64,000 nt of DNA from Eledone cirrhosa. Taxonomy: Eukaryota. The stretch is taken from positions 91,760,001 to 91,824,000 of the forward strand of contig OZ024740.1 of assembly GCA_964016885.1 (NCBI GenBank), given 5' to 3'. Below the pieces are notes generated by a model. It was not told the DNA's origin. It saw only the letters and a list, made by a program, of their open reading frames with translations, and did no database searches. Made by a program: the position numbers and the translations under genes. Positions 38,649 through 53,004 of the stretch are shown here, piece after piece. Within the stretch, counting starts at the first letter, position 1, and the number at the start of each line of letters is the position of its first letter.

Positions 38649-40538
38649 TGCACACACACACATACACACAGACAGCCATTCACACACACACGCATGTATA
38701 TTTGTGTGCGTGTGCCTATATAATATGTTACTTTTTGCGCGTGTGTTTTTAATGTCATGTGACAGAATATAATCACTGTTACATTCAAAACGTTCGCATT
38801 CTCAACTGACCTCTCCTTTCTGTGTATCTACAAGGAAAATATAATTATGTTTGCCTCCCAATATCGCCGTTCTTACAGCAAATTCTTACTCTTCGATCTC
38901 TTAGATGCCACGTTATAGTGAAAGCCATATTTCCTAGTCACGTCATTAAAATATAACAACGTACATATACTATTTTACGTTTTGTTTGTCGCATGAATGA
39001 AGATAGAACATATAACATTTTTTAGATTATGGTATTTATTAAACACGCTACAAATCTCATGTTATTATGTATATTAAGTGATTTTTCAAAATGTACACAT
39101 TCATGATTTTCATACCTGATATTTGTTTTCGATTTTTACACTCATCTCAGAAGAGTTTTACCAAAATCGTATGAGAGTTTCAGTTGATCAAGCAATGGAA
39201 CAGACTGCTCATGAAATTAACCTGCAAATGGCTTAACTTCTGTGCAGAATGACGTGTAGGCGTTTTAAAAACAATCATAATAAAAGTTGATTATCCTACA
39301 ACACAACCAAGACTACCATTATTTAATTATATTCAAACAGATTTTTGAACTATTTTTAGAGAATTTCAAGTGCTGTTTAGGAAAACTTTGTCATAATGAT
39401 ATTGATACTCACTATTGATATTAGTGATTTAGCACCCATGTATCGATAGTTCGGCGCAGTAATCAATTTCAATATTTCAGCCGCTGTTTCACAGACGTCA
39501 CATTATTTATTATACATTGATAATTCTATTTACGATAGAGTACACAACATTTTTACAATAGATTCACCAGATTGAATGACATCGTAATGTGGAACATTTT
39601 ACAGAACTGCTTATAAAACATGGCTTCATATTCATTATGTTGATAAACTGTCACCGATATTTGTAAGCAGATATCTTGATGATACACATGGGGTGATGAA
39701 GGAGATGCCATTCATGTGTAGGATGGCATCTTTATAGATTATAAAGAGAATATATTTTACCGGAAATTGACGATGTTGGTTGAATGAATACTTTGCTGTT
39801 AATGAATAGATAAATATTCACTTATAGTTTTAAAATATATTGCTACTCTATTAAATATGGACAAGAGAAATTAATTTCATGATATAACAAATTACTATAA
39901 CATCACAAATTGAAGATGATAAAAAATATATTTGATCTGAACAACAATATTGAGTGAACAATGATAAGTAATATTTATGTTTTACTTTTTTAGTTATTTT
40001 AGCTTTGTAGATAATATATACTGAATGTGAGTATATGTGTATGTTGATAATTAATTCAATATAATTGAGAAGGTTGTTAAGAGGAGAATACCCAGCAAAA
40101 CGATTCATGAAATTAAATTTGTAATTATTATCGCACGTTCAAATTTAACATATGCAGACAATGTTTCTGATAATGAATATATTGAAGGAATATGTACAAA
40201 TATAAGCAATATGCATAACCTTAAACATCAGAGTATTGTTTCACGTATTTTTGTAAGTTGCTTGAAGTGATTTTGGCTAATATTCTTATATAGGTTTCAA
40301 TTAAGATTTTTCCATCATCATTTATATGTATAATCATGAGAGATGCCTCAATAGTTTTCGATCTATCTTTCTCTACATATAAACACAATTGTATGTATCT
40401 ATATATCGAGCTGGCAAGTTAACGATGAAAAGTCAGTCATGTTCATACAAATAGATATACACATGGATATGAGGAACACCCGCACAAACACACACACCAT
40501 GCTCTCTCTCTCTCACACAGACACACACAGAGACACAT

Positions 40539-40575
<37 letters not shown>

Positions 40576-40663
40576 CACATACACACACACACACACACAA
40601 ACACACATATACACACCCACCCACCCAATCACACATACACACGCACACATATGTATATACATA

Positions 40664-40760
40664 TGAAAAGTGTCAGGAACCCGACGACTGAGTTCCGGCA
40701 GTTTCAACAGCTAAATCCGAAACGACCGGAGCTCAAACGTCAGGGTCCTGACACTTTTCA
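40664..40760. mobile_element. ~97-bp palindromic MITE-like element flanked by TA
   Basis: TA|TGAAAAGTGTCAGGA…TCCTGACACTTTTCA|TA; related partial copies at ~32347-32398, 58457-58504 and 58575-58630. Confidence 0.7.
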
Positions 40761-40874
40761 TATTGCACACACTACTACCCTAAGTATCGAGTTCTCTGCT
40801 GCGTTATTGTCCACCCGTTAACTTACCGCACCTTCTTTGTTATATATATAAATAAATAAATATATATATATATA

Positions 40875-41505
40875 AATGCGATGAAATACCAATGATGGTT
40901 GGAAATCACTGACGAAGGACTATTTTTATCATGTGTACCCCATCTGCAAACCACGCAGTATTCTTCTTTCTTATGTTTTTTATATATATTTACCTCGGCT
41001 GCGTTTGTCTGTTTTTCTCTTACTGTTTCCCCGCTCTCTCTGTTTCTCTCACCTTCTTTCGCCCCCTCTGTCAGTTACACATTCTCTCGACTGACCTCTT
41101 CTTCACACTTCCACTCACTCACTCTCTGTTTCTCCCCTTCTCACTTCCTCCCGTTTGGCTTGTGTGGGTCTCTTCTTGCTCACATCTCACACACATCAAC
41201 ACGGTCTGTACCTCTCTCGCTCATGAAATCCACCCAGCTTATGCTGACCGGGCAACCATGTTGCTTGTTTATTTTCCTATCTTCGGTTTGCTTTTATCCT
41301 TCTATGTTGTTTACTTGTCCCCCTCGCCTTACGCGGATTCTGGCCCCAATAACTTTTTTTAGTTATTGCTCGCACTAACCTGAGGTACCTGATTTTTAAT
41401 GCGGTGAAATACCGATGATGGTTGGAAAATCACTGACGAAGGACTATCTTTATCATATGTACCCATGTGCAAACCACTAAGTATTCTTCTTTCTTCTCGT
41501 GCGTG
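40875..41505 (+). repeat. Diverged dispersed relative of the 533-bp unit: one ~523-bp unit plus ~100-bp terminal direct repeat, flanked by (TA)n
   Basis: aatgcgatgaaatacc…aatcactgacgaaggact at 40875 and 41398; colinear with the reverse complement of the 32.5-35 kb unit. Confidence 0.85.
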
Positions 41506-41506
41506 C

Positions 41507-41538
<32 letters not shown>

Positions 41539-42717
41539 AGCAGTTTCACGAACACCATACGTGCTTATATATAACAGTATGCAATATTAATGATTTAGTC
41601 GTACGCTCTGCTTTCCTGTGTCTTCATTCATTTCAATGCATATTAGCCATGTGTACTATTGTGTACTACGTGTACTATTGCCCGATAATATGTCATCTTG
41701 CATGTAAATGTTTGAATTCATCCACTGCAAAAGTTATTATTACAAACTTTGTCTCAGCAGGTTATCTGTGTAGATATTACTCTTCCCAATTCGCTTTTTG
41801 AAATATAATACATATCTACATATATCTAAGAGACTAATTTCATTTGTACCTGTTTATATTTTACAAAATGGTTACTGCCAATTAAACGTAGTAACAAATA
41901 TTCCTCGCAGTTTAACGTTACTAAGTTATACATTGTTTTATTCACCTGTATACGAAAAATGATTCCAAATCTATCTCGGCTACCATCTATAAACTACATA
42001 AAATCGAGATTCCACCGCATTCACTGGATACTACATTTCAAATATCTATCTGCAATACAATTTGAATGCAAAACCCGTCATATATATCGACATGAGTTCT
42101 ACATAATGGTTTAAATGCATTTTATAATTGACATATAAAAGAGTAATTGTGGGAATCTTTATGTAAACTAGTCATCCCAAAACCTATTTTCAGTGGGGAA
42201 ATGTAACTGTAGAGAAAGACGAAGTGCTATAGACCTTTGCATAGCAAATGATAGTTTTGTTATATATAACAAATTAGTGTTTCATTTACCGTACGTAAAC
42301 GCAAAACAGCGTGAAGTAACTAACCGATTCCTATTTCATATTCACTGAGATATGCTCAATGCATGCTACGAAATATATTGTGTAATTGACAGTGGAATAA
42401 ATTAATGGTGTTAGACATGTTAACAGCAAGATATGTAATATCACGGTATAAAACTTGTTTCAGCATTGACTTTGTGTACGTTGTGTTCAATATATATGAT
42501 CTACAAATCCAATTGAAAGAAGTTACTACAATGTATGTCATATGCAAAATATAGCTTGCGAGACATTTCCTGTTAATGACTTTATATTATGCCTATAGGA
42601 CATTTTCGTATATATATTGAGTACATGTTGATCAAACAATGATATAACATCATTACATAGGACGTAGTTTCAATTGTTTTCCATCTTGTCCGTGAAAACA
42701 GCAGCAAACGAATTATT

Positions 42718-42810
42718 TCTCATTCTTTCATCCCTCCGGGGTCGATAAAATAAAGTACCAGTAATGCACTGGAAATTGCTGGCCTTGTGCCAAAAGTAGA
42801 AACAATTATT
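42718..42810 (+). mobile_element. SINE fragment (cephalopod-type, probably tRNA-derived)
   Basis: ctttcatcc…ggggtcgataaaataaagtaccagt…ttgctggccttgtgccaaaagtagaaacaattatt; at least six copies in the window. Confidence 0.8.
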
Positions 42811-43960
42811 TAAAGAGTCTTCCTGCCATTCAGTGCCATACACATCTTATTTTGTCCACAGCATTTAACAGCTTCTATCTGCCATGATGTCTCTATACGA
42901 ATGCCCGAATATTTGTGTTTGGATAAATGGTGCTAAATTGAAACGATTCAATGTGAGAGTTGCACTCAAATAAGGGTGCATACTGTCACCTCTCTTGTTC
43001 ATTATTTACATGAACACGATTGATATGCGAAGCCGGGTTGGAAGGGGTGTCATGGCTGGCGGGTGTAAAATCAGTCGGCTAAAATTTGCAGAGGGCACTT
43101 AACTCGACAGAAGATGATCTTCAACTTACAATTGGCAGGTATGATCCAGAGTGTTGCATGACTGGAAATAAAATCAGTGCTGTGAAAACTGAGACATGTT
43201 TTCATCTCAAGGAAGTCTGCCTAGTGCCTGCTACATGTGAATGGAGTTCCACTGAAGCAGGAAGAGAAGTTTAAGTATCTCGCTACCATGTTCACAAGGG
43301 ATGGAAGTTAGGAGTCTGAATTAATTGCAAGAATTGCAAAAGGTGGTGCCGTAATGCATCAACTGTAGAATTCAGTAATCAGAAGAATAGCAGTAGGCAT
43401 AAAAGCCAAAATTCCAATCTTGAATTCGGTATTCGTGTCAAACCTTAACACTATGTTCATGAATCTTGGGTAATGACCGAAAGAATACGATCATGAATAC
43501 AAGCGCTGGAAATGGGAATCCTAAGAAGGGTCTTTGGAGTAACGTTACCGATAAAGTGCGTAACTAGGTGACGGGAAAGTGACTCGAGGTAGAGCCTCTA
43601 CTACTCCGAATTGCGAGACCACAGCTCCGAAACATGTGGTTAGAATGTCTCAGGAAAGAATCGCTGGACGGATTTTACACGCAAAGCAAACCTGCAAGAG
43701 ACCTAGTGCTAGATCCTGAACAAAATATTTGTATAATATCCCTAAGCTTTGCGATTCAGTCCTTGGGATCCAACCGAATCAGTTGGAGAAGGTTGCTTCT
43801 GACAGGACCTGCTGGAGTGAGTGTTTGAGGACTATGCCCCCACGACGCTCTCGGGAATAAGTGGGCGAAGAAGAAGAAGAAGAAGAAGAAGAAGAAGAAG
43901 AAGAAGAAGAAGAAGAAGAAGAAGAAGAAGAAGAAGAAGAAGAAGAAGAAGAAGAAGAAA
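42811..43960 (+). mobile_element. Decayed RTE-clade LINE 3' fragment with (GAA)n tail (43867-43958)
   Basis: GCILSPLLFIIYMN, EKFKYL, HESWVMTERIRS…ALEMGILRRV remnants; long (GAA)n 3' tail. Confidence 0.75.
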
Positions 43961-46469
43961 ACAAAATTATTATTTAAAGTGACTATACTTCCAGGGTGTA
44001 GTAAACTACTTTAATGCTTCACATAGGATCAGTTTCATATATGCGCTCAGACACCTACAAGGATGAAAAAGGCTTATAGTAAATAGAAAAGCGTATGCTT
44101 TAGAAACTGGTCATTAAATATTGTAGGCAGTTTCAGATCAACAATTGAAGCAAATTACACCCAAAACTAGTTATTTGAACTTGAGATATGTGTTGAAACG
44201 TTATCATAATGCGTAATACTATATGCATCAATAAACATATATTTAAGTTTACAATGATACAGCAGTGTTTTGCGGTGGAAGGGAATTTTGGAGGTTTAAT
44301 GTTTACTTGATGGGGGTGAATAATGTTTTCAGTGAAAATAGTAAAGATGCAAGAAAAATGTTAAGGCATGTATCTTTGTGGTAAACAAATTATTATATTT
44401 TATTTATTTAGCGTAAGTGTTATTGTTTCATGGATAACTGTATATACATGAACATATGTACATATGATGCCAGATTGATTAGTCATGTTAGTATATACTA
44501 TAGCATGGAATATTTATATACAATTAAAATATGCAGGCCGCTAAATTAGAATTTCTTTAAAGCCACAAAATTACATATTAATTTTCTTATAATTGGATGA
44601 AATGCTGAAATGTGCCAAATATTATACGGTTTAAATGATTGGACTGTCTCTGAATCATGAAATTAAATTACTTATAAATAACATGCTACTCGTTGATATA
44701 TATCTAGAAGAAATTACAAGTGATATTATTGTTGTTACAAATAGTGTACCATTGGATTCGTCTAAATTCAAGAAGGAAAATATATCGGATTTACTCATTA
44801 GGTCACAGGAAAAACAGCTAGGCATGATGTCATGCATGATTTAATTGCGTAGGAAGTAACTTGAAAAAGGTTAGAAAGCTGTGTGTTTCAATGAAAGGTG
44901 AGTTGAGAGCAATACATTGACGATGCAGTGATAAAACCTTTAAAATATGGGTCATAGGAATTAGAATGGCAGGAAGTTGATGATGGTCAGTTCAAAACAA
45001 TTACTTTGACATAGAAGGCAACGAAAAGAGGGCAAAAAACAAAAATTGAATGAAAAGTAAATTACGTTTAATAGGAACACGATAAAATCTGGGGCAATTA
45101 CGTATTATTTTTACATTATGGATTGGCAGGAATTAAATACTAAATTGTTGAAATAAACAGAAAAAAGTTTCAAAACAGAGTAATATGTAAAGAATTGTAA
45201 TGTTATCAAATAGTATATATTGAAATATAGGGAGATGACTGGAAAGTTGAATTAATTATTTGCCCAAATTCACCTGCACATTGCACTCGTATTCAACAGT
45301 GCATTGACCTGACATCTAACACATTAGTTTATTCATTAGATATGACCAACATACCCACTCCAGTTCAACGTAACTGATGATTCCATCTAGTAATTCTCAT
45401 TACCACTCTCATGTTACTTATCATATATCTCGACCCCTACACCACTTAAAACTTCCGCCAAACTATTGGTCTCTTACTTTTATCTTCCTTTCTCAGAAGA
45501 CACGCCCATCCCACACTATATTGTATTTCAAACCGATGCACTTCACATTCAAGTTTCTGGTGGTTTTATTAATAACGTATCATAGTTTCTTGTTGTTTAA
45601 AGATGAAATGGGGTTCTAAATTCGGCCCCTGTAAACATACGCGTGTCTTTATATCGTTAGCATTTCAATCCTACTCATTCGTACATCAAAACACTTTACG
45701 AAATCATACTCATCCAGACATAAACCCCATACACAATGTCATTAAATTCATCATCGCCATCATGAATGCCGTTGTTACTTCATGCCATTTGCTAGTCATT
45801 GCCTGCTATATTTTTAGTATTTTTTTGTTTGTTCTAAATTCTATCGTTTCGTGTCATTTTTCTGGTTTAACTAAATATTTCTGTAATACGATTGTTTGAT
45901 AGTTTTATGTTTTCATTTCATATTCAGTATCATCATTACTTTTCTTATATCCTATATTGAAGATATCATTGTTTGCTTCGATTCATTGTCTTTATTAATT
46001 CATCTTTCAAGAATAAAAAATGTTGAAACTTTAAATCAAAAGTAATTTATATAAAAAATAAATTGACAAGAAGTAACTAGAAAAAAATAGATGCGGCCAG
46101 ACGAATTTCAAAATATAATAATACTCTGATAGGAAACAAATATTTATCACGAACGGAGGCAAAACAATGAGTATATGAATTACACATTATATAAGATTTG
46201 CGAAAGAGTTTCTACTCCTCCCAATACAGTGGCGTTTTTGACAATTTCATTAGAAAGTATATTTTACAAATTTAAAAGATTAAAAAAAAAATGTTATGAA
46301 TGAGAAAAACGACTTCGGTATGATTAGTTACAATGTGGCCTGGAAGGACAACAACAGCAGTATTCACATTGACGTTAACAGTGATATTGAGGTCAATGTT
46401 GATAAGATTAGTGATGCAATTGTTATTGTATATATAAGAGAGACAGCTGAACATTTCATAGGATGATCA

Positions 46470-47500
46470 AGATTATCTCATGGAATGTGACCAAATGAAG
46501 TTGGATTTTTCAACAAGTTGGTCTCCTTTGTGGTCCACAAACCTCTCCTATCAGTGTTACAGTGCAGTGATTGAATACCATTGGTGAAAACCCATTCATC
46601 CTATTGACAAAATAGTCATCAACAGCAGATATCATTCATTATCACTGCGATATTTTTCTTTACATATTGAAGAAGAGATGATAAAAAACTGGGGCTTGAT
46701 CAGACTAAAGAGATTGATCAACCAGTTCAAAGCCACAGTCTCACAGGCAAACCTTTGAAACGAAGATTTCATATGATTGAGCATCTGGGCGAGGAAAAAA
46801 TATTACTATCCTTAGCTTTCCTGGGCGTTTGGAGTACATAGCCTTTCGTAACTGCCCCAACAATTAGGCATAGCTCATTTGAAGTCAATAAACACACAGT
46901 CCTTTGTATCCCAAGAAACTGAGGCAAACACCTAACAGGCAGGCAGGGAAAACTACATTAAGCTTCTTTAGAGCAGATGAGGAGGTGTGTTTCAACTGCA
47001 AGGATTACGTCTTTATCCTGGCTTAAAGTGATGAAGTGAACACTCATTCTGGAAGTAGAAACGTTCAAAGTAACCACATGGATCTGTCTCAAACAATTTC
47101 AGATGTTCTCGTGATGTGATAAAGTGTTAGATGACGTGGCAACTACAGAGTATAATCCTTCGCCGTGCCAAGTTCATTGTGCAGAATATTCTCAAATTTC
47201 GCAGGAAATGTGCTAATAGCACCGGCGTCTTATTTGTAGTGAATCGTCTGTCATCCACTAACGTATGGTGAACAGGATTAATGTTTTTTTTTTTTTTGGT
47301 GTTGTAAGTTGAAGAACATAATCAAGAAGCTTCGTTTCCTACTTAAATTCAGAAGCCCAAAGATGCACTCTTGATAAAGCTGGAGAATCATCCCCTAACG
47401 TAACAATCATGTCAGCATGCCCCTTCCGGACTAAACCATTTTCTGCAGATGCTTGATAACACCACCATGCGATTTTTTTTCTTTTTTCAATTTTCAAGCA
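46470..47500 (-). mobile_element. Decayed mariner (Tc1/mariner) transposase relic
   Basis: N-terminus …ADMIVTLGDDSPALSRVHLWASEFK; SDQAPVFYHLF (compare SPDLAPSDYHLF); C-terminus NGIQ…FVDHKGDQLVEK. Confidence 0.7.
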
Positions 47501-47699
47501 AATTCTATACTAGTTAACTTTAAAGAGGAGTTATTAATAAGATGATATGGGATTAATGCATGCAAGAATCCATAATTCTAGCATCACCAGTTTATAGCCC
47601 CTATATGAACATATCTCCCCAGCCCCGTACACACACACACATACACGCACATGCACACACTGACAGACATACACACACACAAGCAAACACTTACATATA

Positions 47700-50600
47700 T
47701 ATTTATTCTTTATTTTAACATGTATATTTTACTTACGATATTTATGTATAATATGCTGTAAAGGTCACCCCTCAACATAACCTTTGTAATGACAACTGGT
47801 ATGTTGTATTTACAAGCAGCCCCGATTGTTTCTATGTGTTGGCAATTTGAACATGCTGGTACTAAGATATTTGGTTATTAAAGATGAAAAATGCTATTTA
47901 ACTAATGTAATGGTACGCGATGAGGCCCACCCACAGCCACGGCGGACAGAATGGAGAAGGCGTTTCCCCGGAGGTTGGAAAGGGAGACGTGCTTAAAAAG
48001 CCACTCCAACTCGCGGGGCTCACACCTACGGCTGGCCAGCTCAGCGCCTATGGTGGGGAGGAAGGAGATAGCCCTTGGGCCGAGGATACCAGAAGTTGCC
48101 ACTGCCAGGGGAACGACCGCAAACCTGTCGGAGAGCGATCAGTATTTGAGGAGTTTGGCCCCCTCAGCCCCACGTGCAGCAGAACCTAGGTCAGTCGCAG
48201 AGTGCACCAGGTTGCGGCTGCATAAAGTGTCGGAGCAAGTGGAATCCCAGACGAGGGGTTTGCCACCGCGAAACGGGAAGATGGTCATGCCATCTGACCT
48301 TTTGCCGTCCCCTCAATCCAACCCACCGGCTGAAGATGGGAAGGGAAGCCTGCAGCGTCCAAGCCACGCTTAATGACCTTGTTGAGGCAGTATGGCGTGG
48401 AATGCGGCCGGCACTGTGGCGACAGGAAAGCGGGTGGAGGCCGAAAGAGTCCACGGTGGAATCGCAGCGACATTGGTGTGGCTGGCAGATCCGGAGGCCG
48501 AGCCTCAGGGAAACGCCCATTCGCAGGGTATGATTGTCTAGCTGCGTGCCATTGGAGAAGGAGGACAGATAATGGAGCCAGGCACCACTGTGGGCTTTGG
48601 AGGCCGCACGAAAACGAGCAAGGCGGTGCTGGTCGAGCTGGCGCTTGAGCCTGTCTGAGGCTAGGCTGTACTGGATGGCATCCCAAGTGCTTTGGGGGGA
48701 CTTGACGTCAACAGGGGGAGAAGGAGGAGGGACGTCACTGGGCTAAGTCCCAGCAGGTCCCACGTCTCACAGGAGGCCTCACGTTCTCTGAACACAGAGG
48801 GTTATGTTGTGTTTTGAAGAACCCTGCTGACGAGGACGCGGCTCAAGGTTACCGACGAAAGATACGCCGGCAAAGCTAGTGAGATCGGGGACCGAGGCCT
48901 AGGCCGCCATCCCTGACCGGTAAAGTGGCCTGTTGACACCCTATGTCGTCAAACTTGACGTTGCATATCCCCTTGGCTGCTGCTCGGATACAATTATCGA
49001 GGTCAGCGAGGAGAGATGTCTGCGTGTAGCATGGGGCGCTGCTGAGTGTATAGAGGAACTTCGGCATGGCGAAGCAGTTCCGCAGCAGAAAGAGAGCTGG
49101 GTGGCCGTCAATCAAGCCCAGTCGGCTCGTGAGAGTCTGGAGCTGTTGAAGCCTGGACCTGATGGTGGAGCGGATGACCGGTGGGTGGAGCGGTGACCCG
49201 AGGATGAGGACATCCTTTTAGGGGGTCACCTGAACCTGGCGGAGAATGGACCGCACGTACAAGACGGAGGCTGCAAAGCTCACAGCATCTAGGCTAGCGT
49301 TCACCCCCTCCGACTTGGCCGAGTTGACCTGGAGGTCGATTCCCACCAGGGCAGGAATCACCGATTGAAGGCCTTGGCAGACCGTCCGTACGGGCCCGCC
49401 CAAACGTTGAGAGGGGCCGTGATACGCTAGGCGATGTGGTCAATACCAAGGGCGAACAGGAGGGGTCCGAAAGGGTCGCCCTTTTGGATCCCAGTAGCCG
49501 AAAGTATGACTGTATCAGGTGCTCCATATGATAGGTAGGCCAGCGGGTAGGCAGAGGGCGCTCGACTGAGGCAGGCCTCGAGCATATGATGCCAGCGTAA
49601 AGAATTAAAGGAATTCCTCATGTCAAGCCTGACAATGAGATGCCTGGAGCCCCTGGATGCCGGTACCCATGGGCACCTGCTGAAGAACTGCCTGATTGCG
49701 TGAGAGGCTCCCTCACAGCCACCGGACACGCTGACACCCAATTGCACCGGACTAAACTCCTCAGCCAGATCATGTGTGACGGACTTGCAGATCACCTTTT
49801 CAGCCAGCCTCCGGATGACATTGCCCACAGCAATGGTGGGCGTATGCCACCCTCTTTCTTCCTGAGAGCGGTGAGGCTGGCCGAATAAAAGAGGCCTCGG
49901 GCGTAAGGGTCGAGGGCACCATGAATTAACCTATTGATGAAGGCCACAATTGCACTCAGAAGGCGGCGCCCGGCCTCAGCGGAGAGGGGGTGATGTCAAC
50001 TCCCTGATGTGGCCTGGTCGGAGACCATCATCACCTCCGCAGCTGCTAGCTGGGAAGGACGTCATGGCGGACATGATATCTGCATCAGTAGCCACAAGGA
50101 GCAGGTGGGGGTCGCGTGGGGATATGGTTCTGAGATCAGTGGGTGGCTCAGGGTGTTTGAGCCGCAGAGCAACCAGGATCTCCTCGCTGGGTTGGAGGAC
50201 AGTGTCCTCTGAGGCAACAACCCATGATAAGATTTGCGTTTACTTGGTCACGAAAAGTTTGGCGCTGGCCTCGGGGGTGGAGGTTAGGGGTACCTGAGGG
50301 TGGGGTGTGTGGCGTCCCTGGGCACGCTTGGAATGGGCGCTCGCTCAAATGACGAGACATTGGCCTTGACGAAGGCTGCTGCTGACCGGCCGCCCCGGTC
50401 AGCGCCAGGCAAGCTCGCTGTCCCATCTGGTGGTGTGCCAGACGGCCGTGGCTGGGAAGACGTGGGGAAGAGACAGCTCCTGCACTTCCACGCTGCGAGG
50501 GCATTGGAAGCTCGACGAGTCAAGCCAACGTAGGTGAGGTGGTGGAAGCAGCCGCACCCCAAACAGTTCCGGCCTCTCTTCCGTTTGTTAGTAGTGCCGC

Positions 50601-50960
50601 AAGTGCTGCAGGTGTCGATTTGGAGGGGTGTGGGATGGGGCGTGGGGCCGGGGACTGGTGAACCGAGCGGCATCAGGGGTGGGTGGCTGGTATGTGTGGT
50701 TGGAAGGGAAAGTGCTGGTAAGAGGGCAGCATAGCTCACCTATATATATTGGAGGTGCCAGAAAACGAGAGCGAAAAGGGGCTGCATGGAGGGGGAGACA
50801 CTGCAAGGTACAATAGCAGTAAATGAATGAGTGAATGGATGGATGTACACAAAAAAAAAGAAAACAAAAAGGAAGGGGGGGAGACAAGGGTTGTTCCTAG
50901 CGAAAAGACCATGAATTCAGCACGCACACATGCGAGCAACTGAGCAGTTTATCAAAGACC
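47700..50960 (-). mobile_element. CRE-like non-LTR retrotransposon (PHD finger, RT, RLE), GC-rich and frameshifted
   Basis: IAVGNVIRRLAEK, VQLGVSVSGGCEGASHAIR, LDMRNSFNS, GIQKGDPFGPLLFAL, QATLPVRDGGLG, LRLGLRICQPHQCRC…HPLSC…RH, DGKRSDG…PLVWD…AEGAKLLKY, RGNAFSIL; AATAAA near 47710. Boundaries are approximate. Confidence 0.85.
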
Positions 50961-51924
50961 ATATTCTCAATGGACGCGCTTATAATATTTGAATATAACT
51001 GAACTGTCGTGTCATTTAAATTGAAAAGGGGAGCATAGTAAAAGGAAAATAGTGAATTTGGAGTGTCAATCCCTTGTGATTTTTTCCCCCCCTTTTTCTT
51101 TCTTTTTTTTTCAAATACCGGACTTACAGTTTTCCAGGATTTATACTCATTATTTATTTATGTATTTAATTATTGTTTCCTTCAAAAGGATGGAGGTGTT
51201 TTATCTCCTCATGAAACTGACATTACTTAATGATGTTCGTCATCTATGGTTTATATGTATTATTTCATAACTCTATAGAACTATTACCATGTTTGTGCAG
51301 TGTTCTGTGTCCACCCATGTTTGTACAACAGGTAAGAAAAATAATGATTCGGTGACGGTTTCTTCTGATAGGAGCCTCTTCCACGTCGGAAGATCGAAGT
51401 GTGTGTTCGTGTCTTGTTCAATACTTTCATAAACGGCTTCGGAGATTTAAAACTTATGTTTCAATTGGTGCTTCCATTTCCACACGGTTCTATTGTCTTA
51501 TTTACAAAAATATATATTTCTATATATTTCTTTATTTATTTCTCTTCTTTTAGTATAATATAGCGAGTTGTAACCAGTGATGTTTGAAGTTTCTTGGAGT
51601 TGGTCAGAGTATCGCTTAAAGCTTTCTTTGTAGCGCCTATCCTTTAATTTATCTTCTTCAAAACAATTAGATTTGACAGCGTTTAAGTAAACATTTTGAG
51701 AGAGTTTAGTGATACAACAACATAATTATTTAGGGGTTGTTGTTATTGTTGTTAGCTGTTTGACCGAGTCACTAACGTAGTCTATTTATATCTTTTGAAA
51801 CCTTGCTCGCTTCCCTTCATGTATAGCGGCATCACCACCCCTCTCTCAAGCAGTCATGTTATTTCAGTTGAATGTTCTTGTTACTGCCATGATGTAATTG
51901 TTTCTATTTTTTGTCACAGAGCTA

Positions 51925-52040
51925 GCAATTAACCAGTACATTACAGGTATTTTATTTTATCGATCCCATTGTATTAAAGGCAAAGTTAACCTCGACGGGA
52001 TTTGAACTCAGACAGTAACGGGACGTAACTATGCTGCAAA
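51925..52040 (-). mobile_element. SINE fragment
   Basis: Reverse complement: ctgagttcaaatcccgtcgaggttaactttgcctt… (B-box-like gagttcaaatccc). Confidence 0.7.
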
Positions 52041-53004
52041 ACCATGATACAATGCGAAACATTGCTGACTAATGAGATTAAGGCGTTTTAATTTATTATT
52101 TAATCATCATAGTTAATATATATTTCTTTGTCAAACTTTGTCTAAACGCGTGTGTGTGTTTGAGTATGTGTGTGTGCGTGTGTTAGTGCAAGAATAGATG
52201 GGGTGAACAAAACTTTGCGAGACAGGGGTTGAGACAAATTCGACATGGGTAAATTCAAGGTTGCTACACACTTGTATTGCGAGTGGTTAGGTATGAGTAA
52301 CGGACGAGGATGCCTGAGACAGTATTGCCTTAATCGATTTGAGTAAACGCATGTGAAGGTGTACGGGAGTGTTCTGCAAATAGATCAGGATATTGATTTT
52401 AAGCTTGCAGTGTAGACCCCTGACTTAGCTACCGCGCTCTTAATATGTTTCAAATAAAGCCTTCAGGAAATTATTTCTACGGAAATAATTGAAATAGACA
52501 ATGCTTACAAACAATACGAAGAATAGATGCATCTTATAAGCATAAGGAATTTTATTAAAATCAGAAGTAGGAAATAATTCAGATTCGTATTTTTTGGAAT
52601 ATCGTCATTTGATGGTTAAATGCTTGGAATGCGTACACCTATTTGTGTACTCATTCATTAAATTGAATATATATTCCATTGGGTATTTGTTCTACTCATA
52701 TACCAGTTATGTGAATAGAAATTATTATTTTATTGTTTTAATAATCAACATATAAAGCAGCAACGTAATTTACATTGAATATCATTGTTTAAGAGTCAAT
52801 AGTTATTTAGACATTAGGGATACTCCCTGAATGCTAAGTAAACAATATTTTGCTTTTAATTATTCATTTATTTTTCCTTGATTATTTAGTATATATTTCA
52901 CAATTTTAAAACTTATACTTTAGAGGATATAATGTACGGTTGTCTTTTCGTAAGATGAGATGCCATAATTGATTATACGATTTAATATCTACCATTAATA
53001 TATA

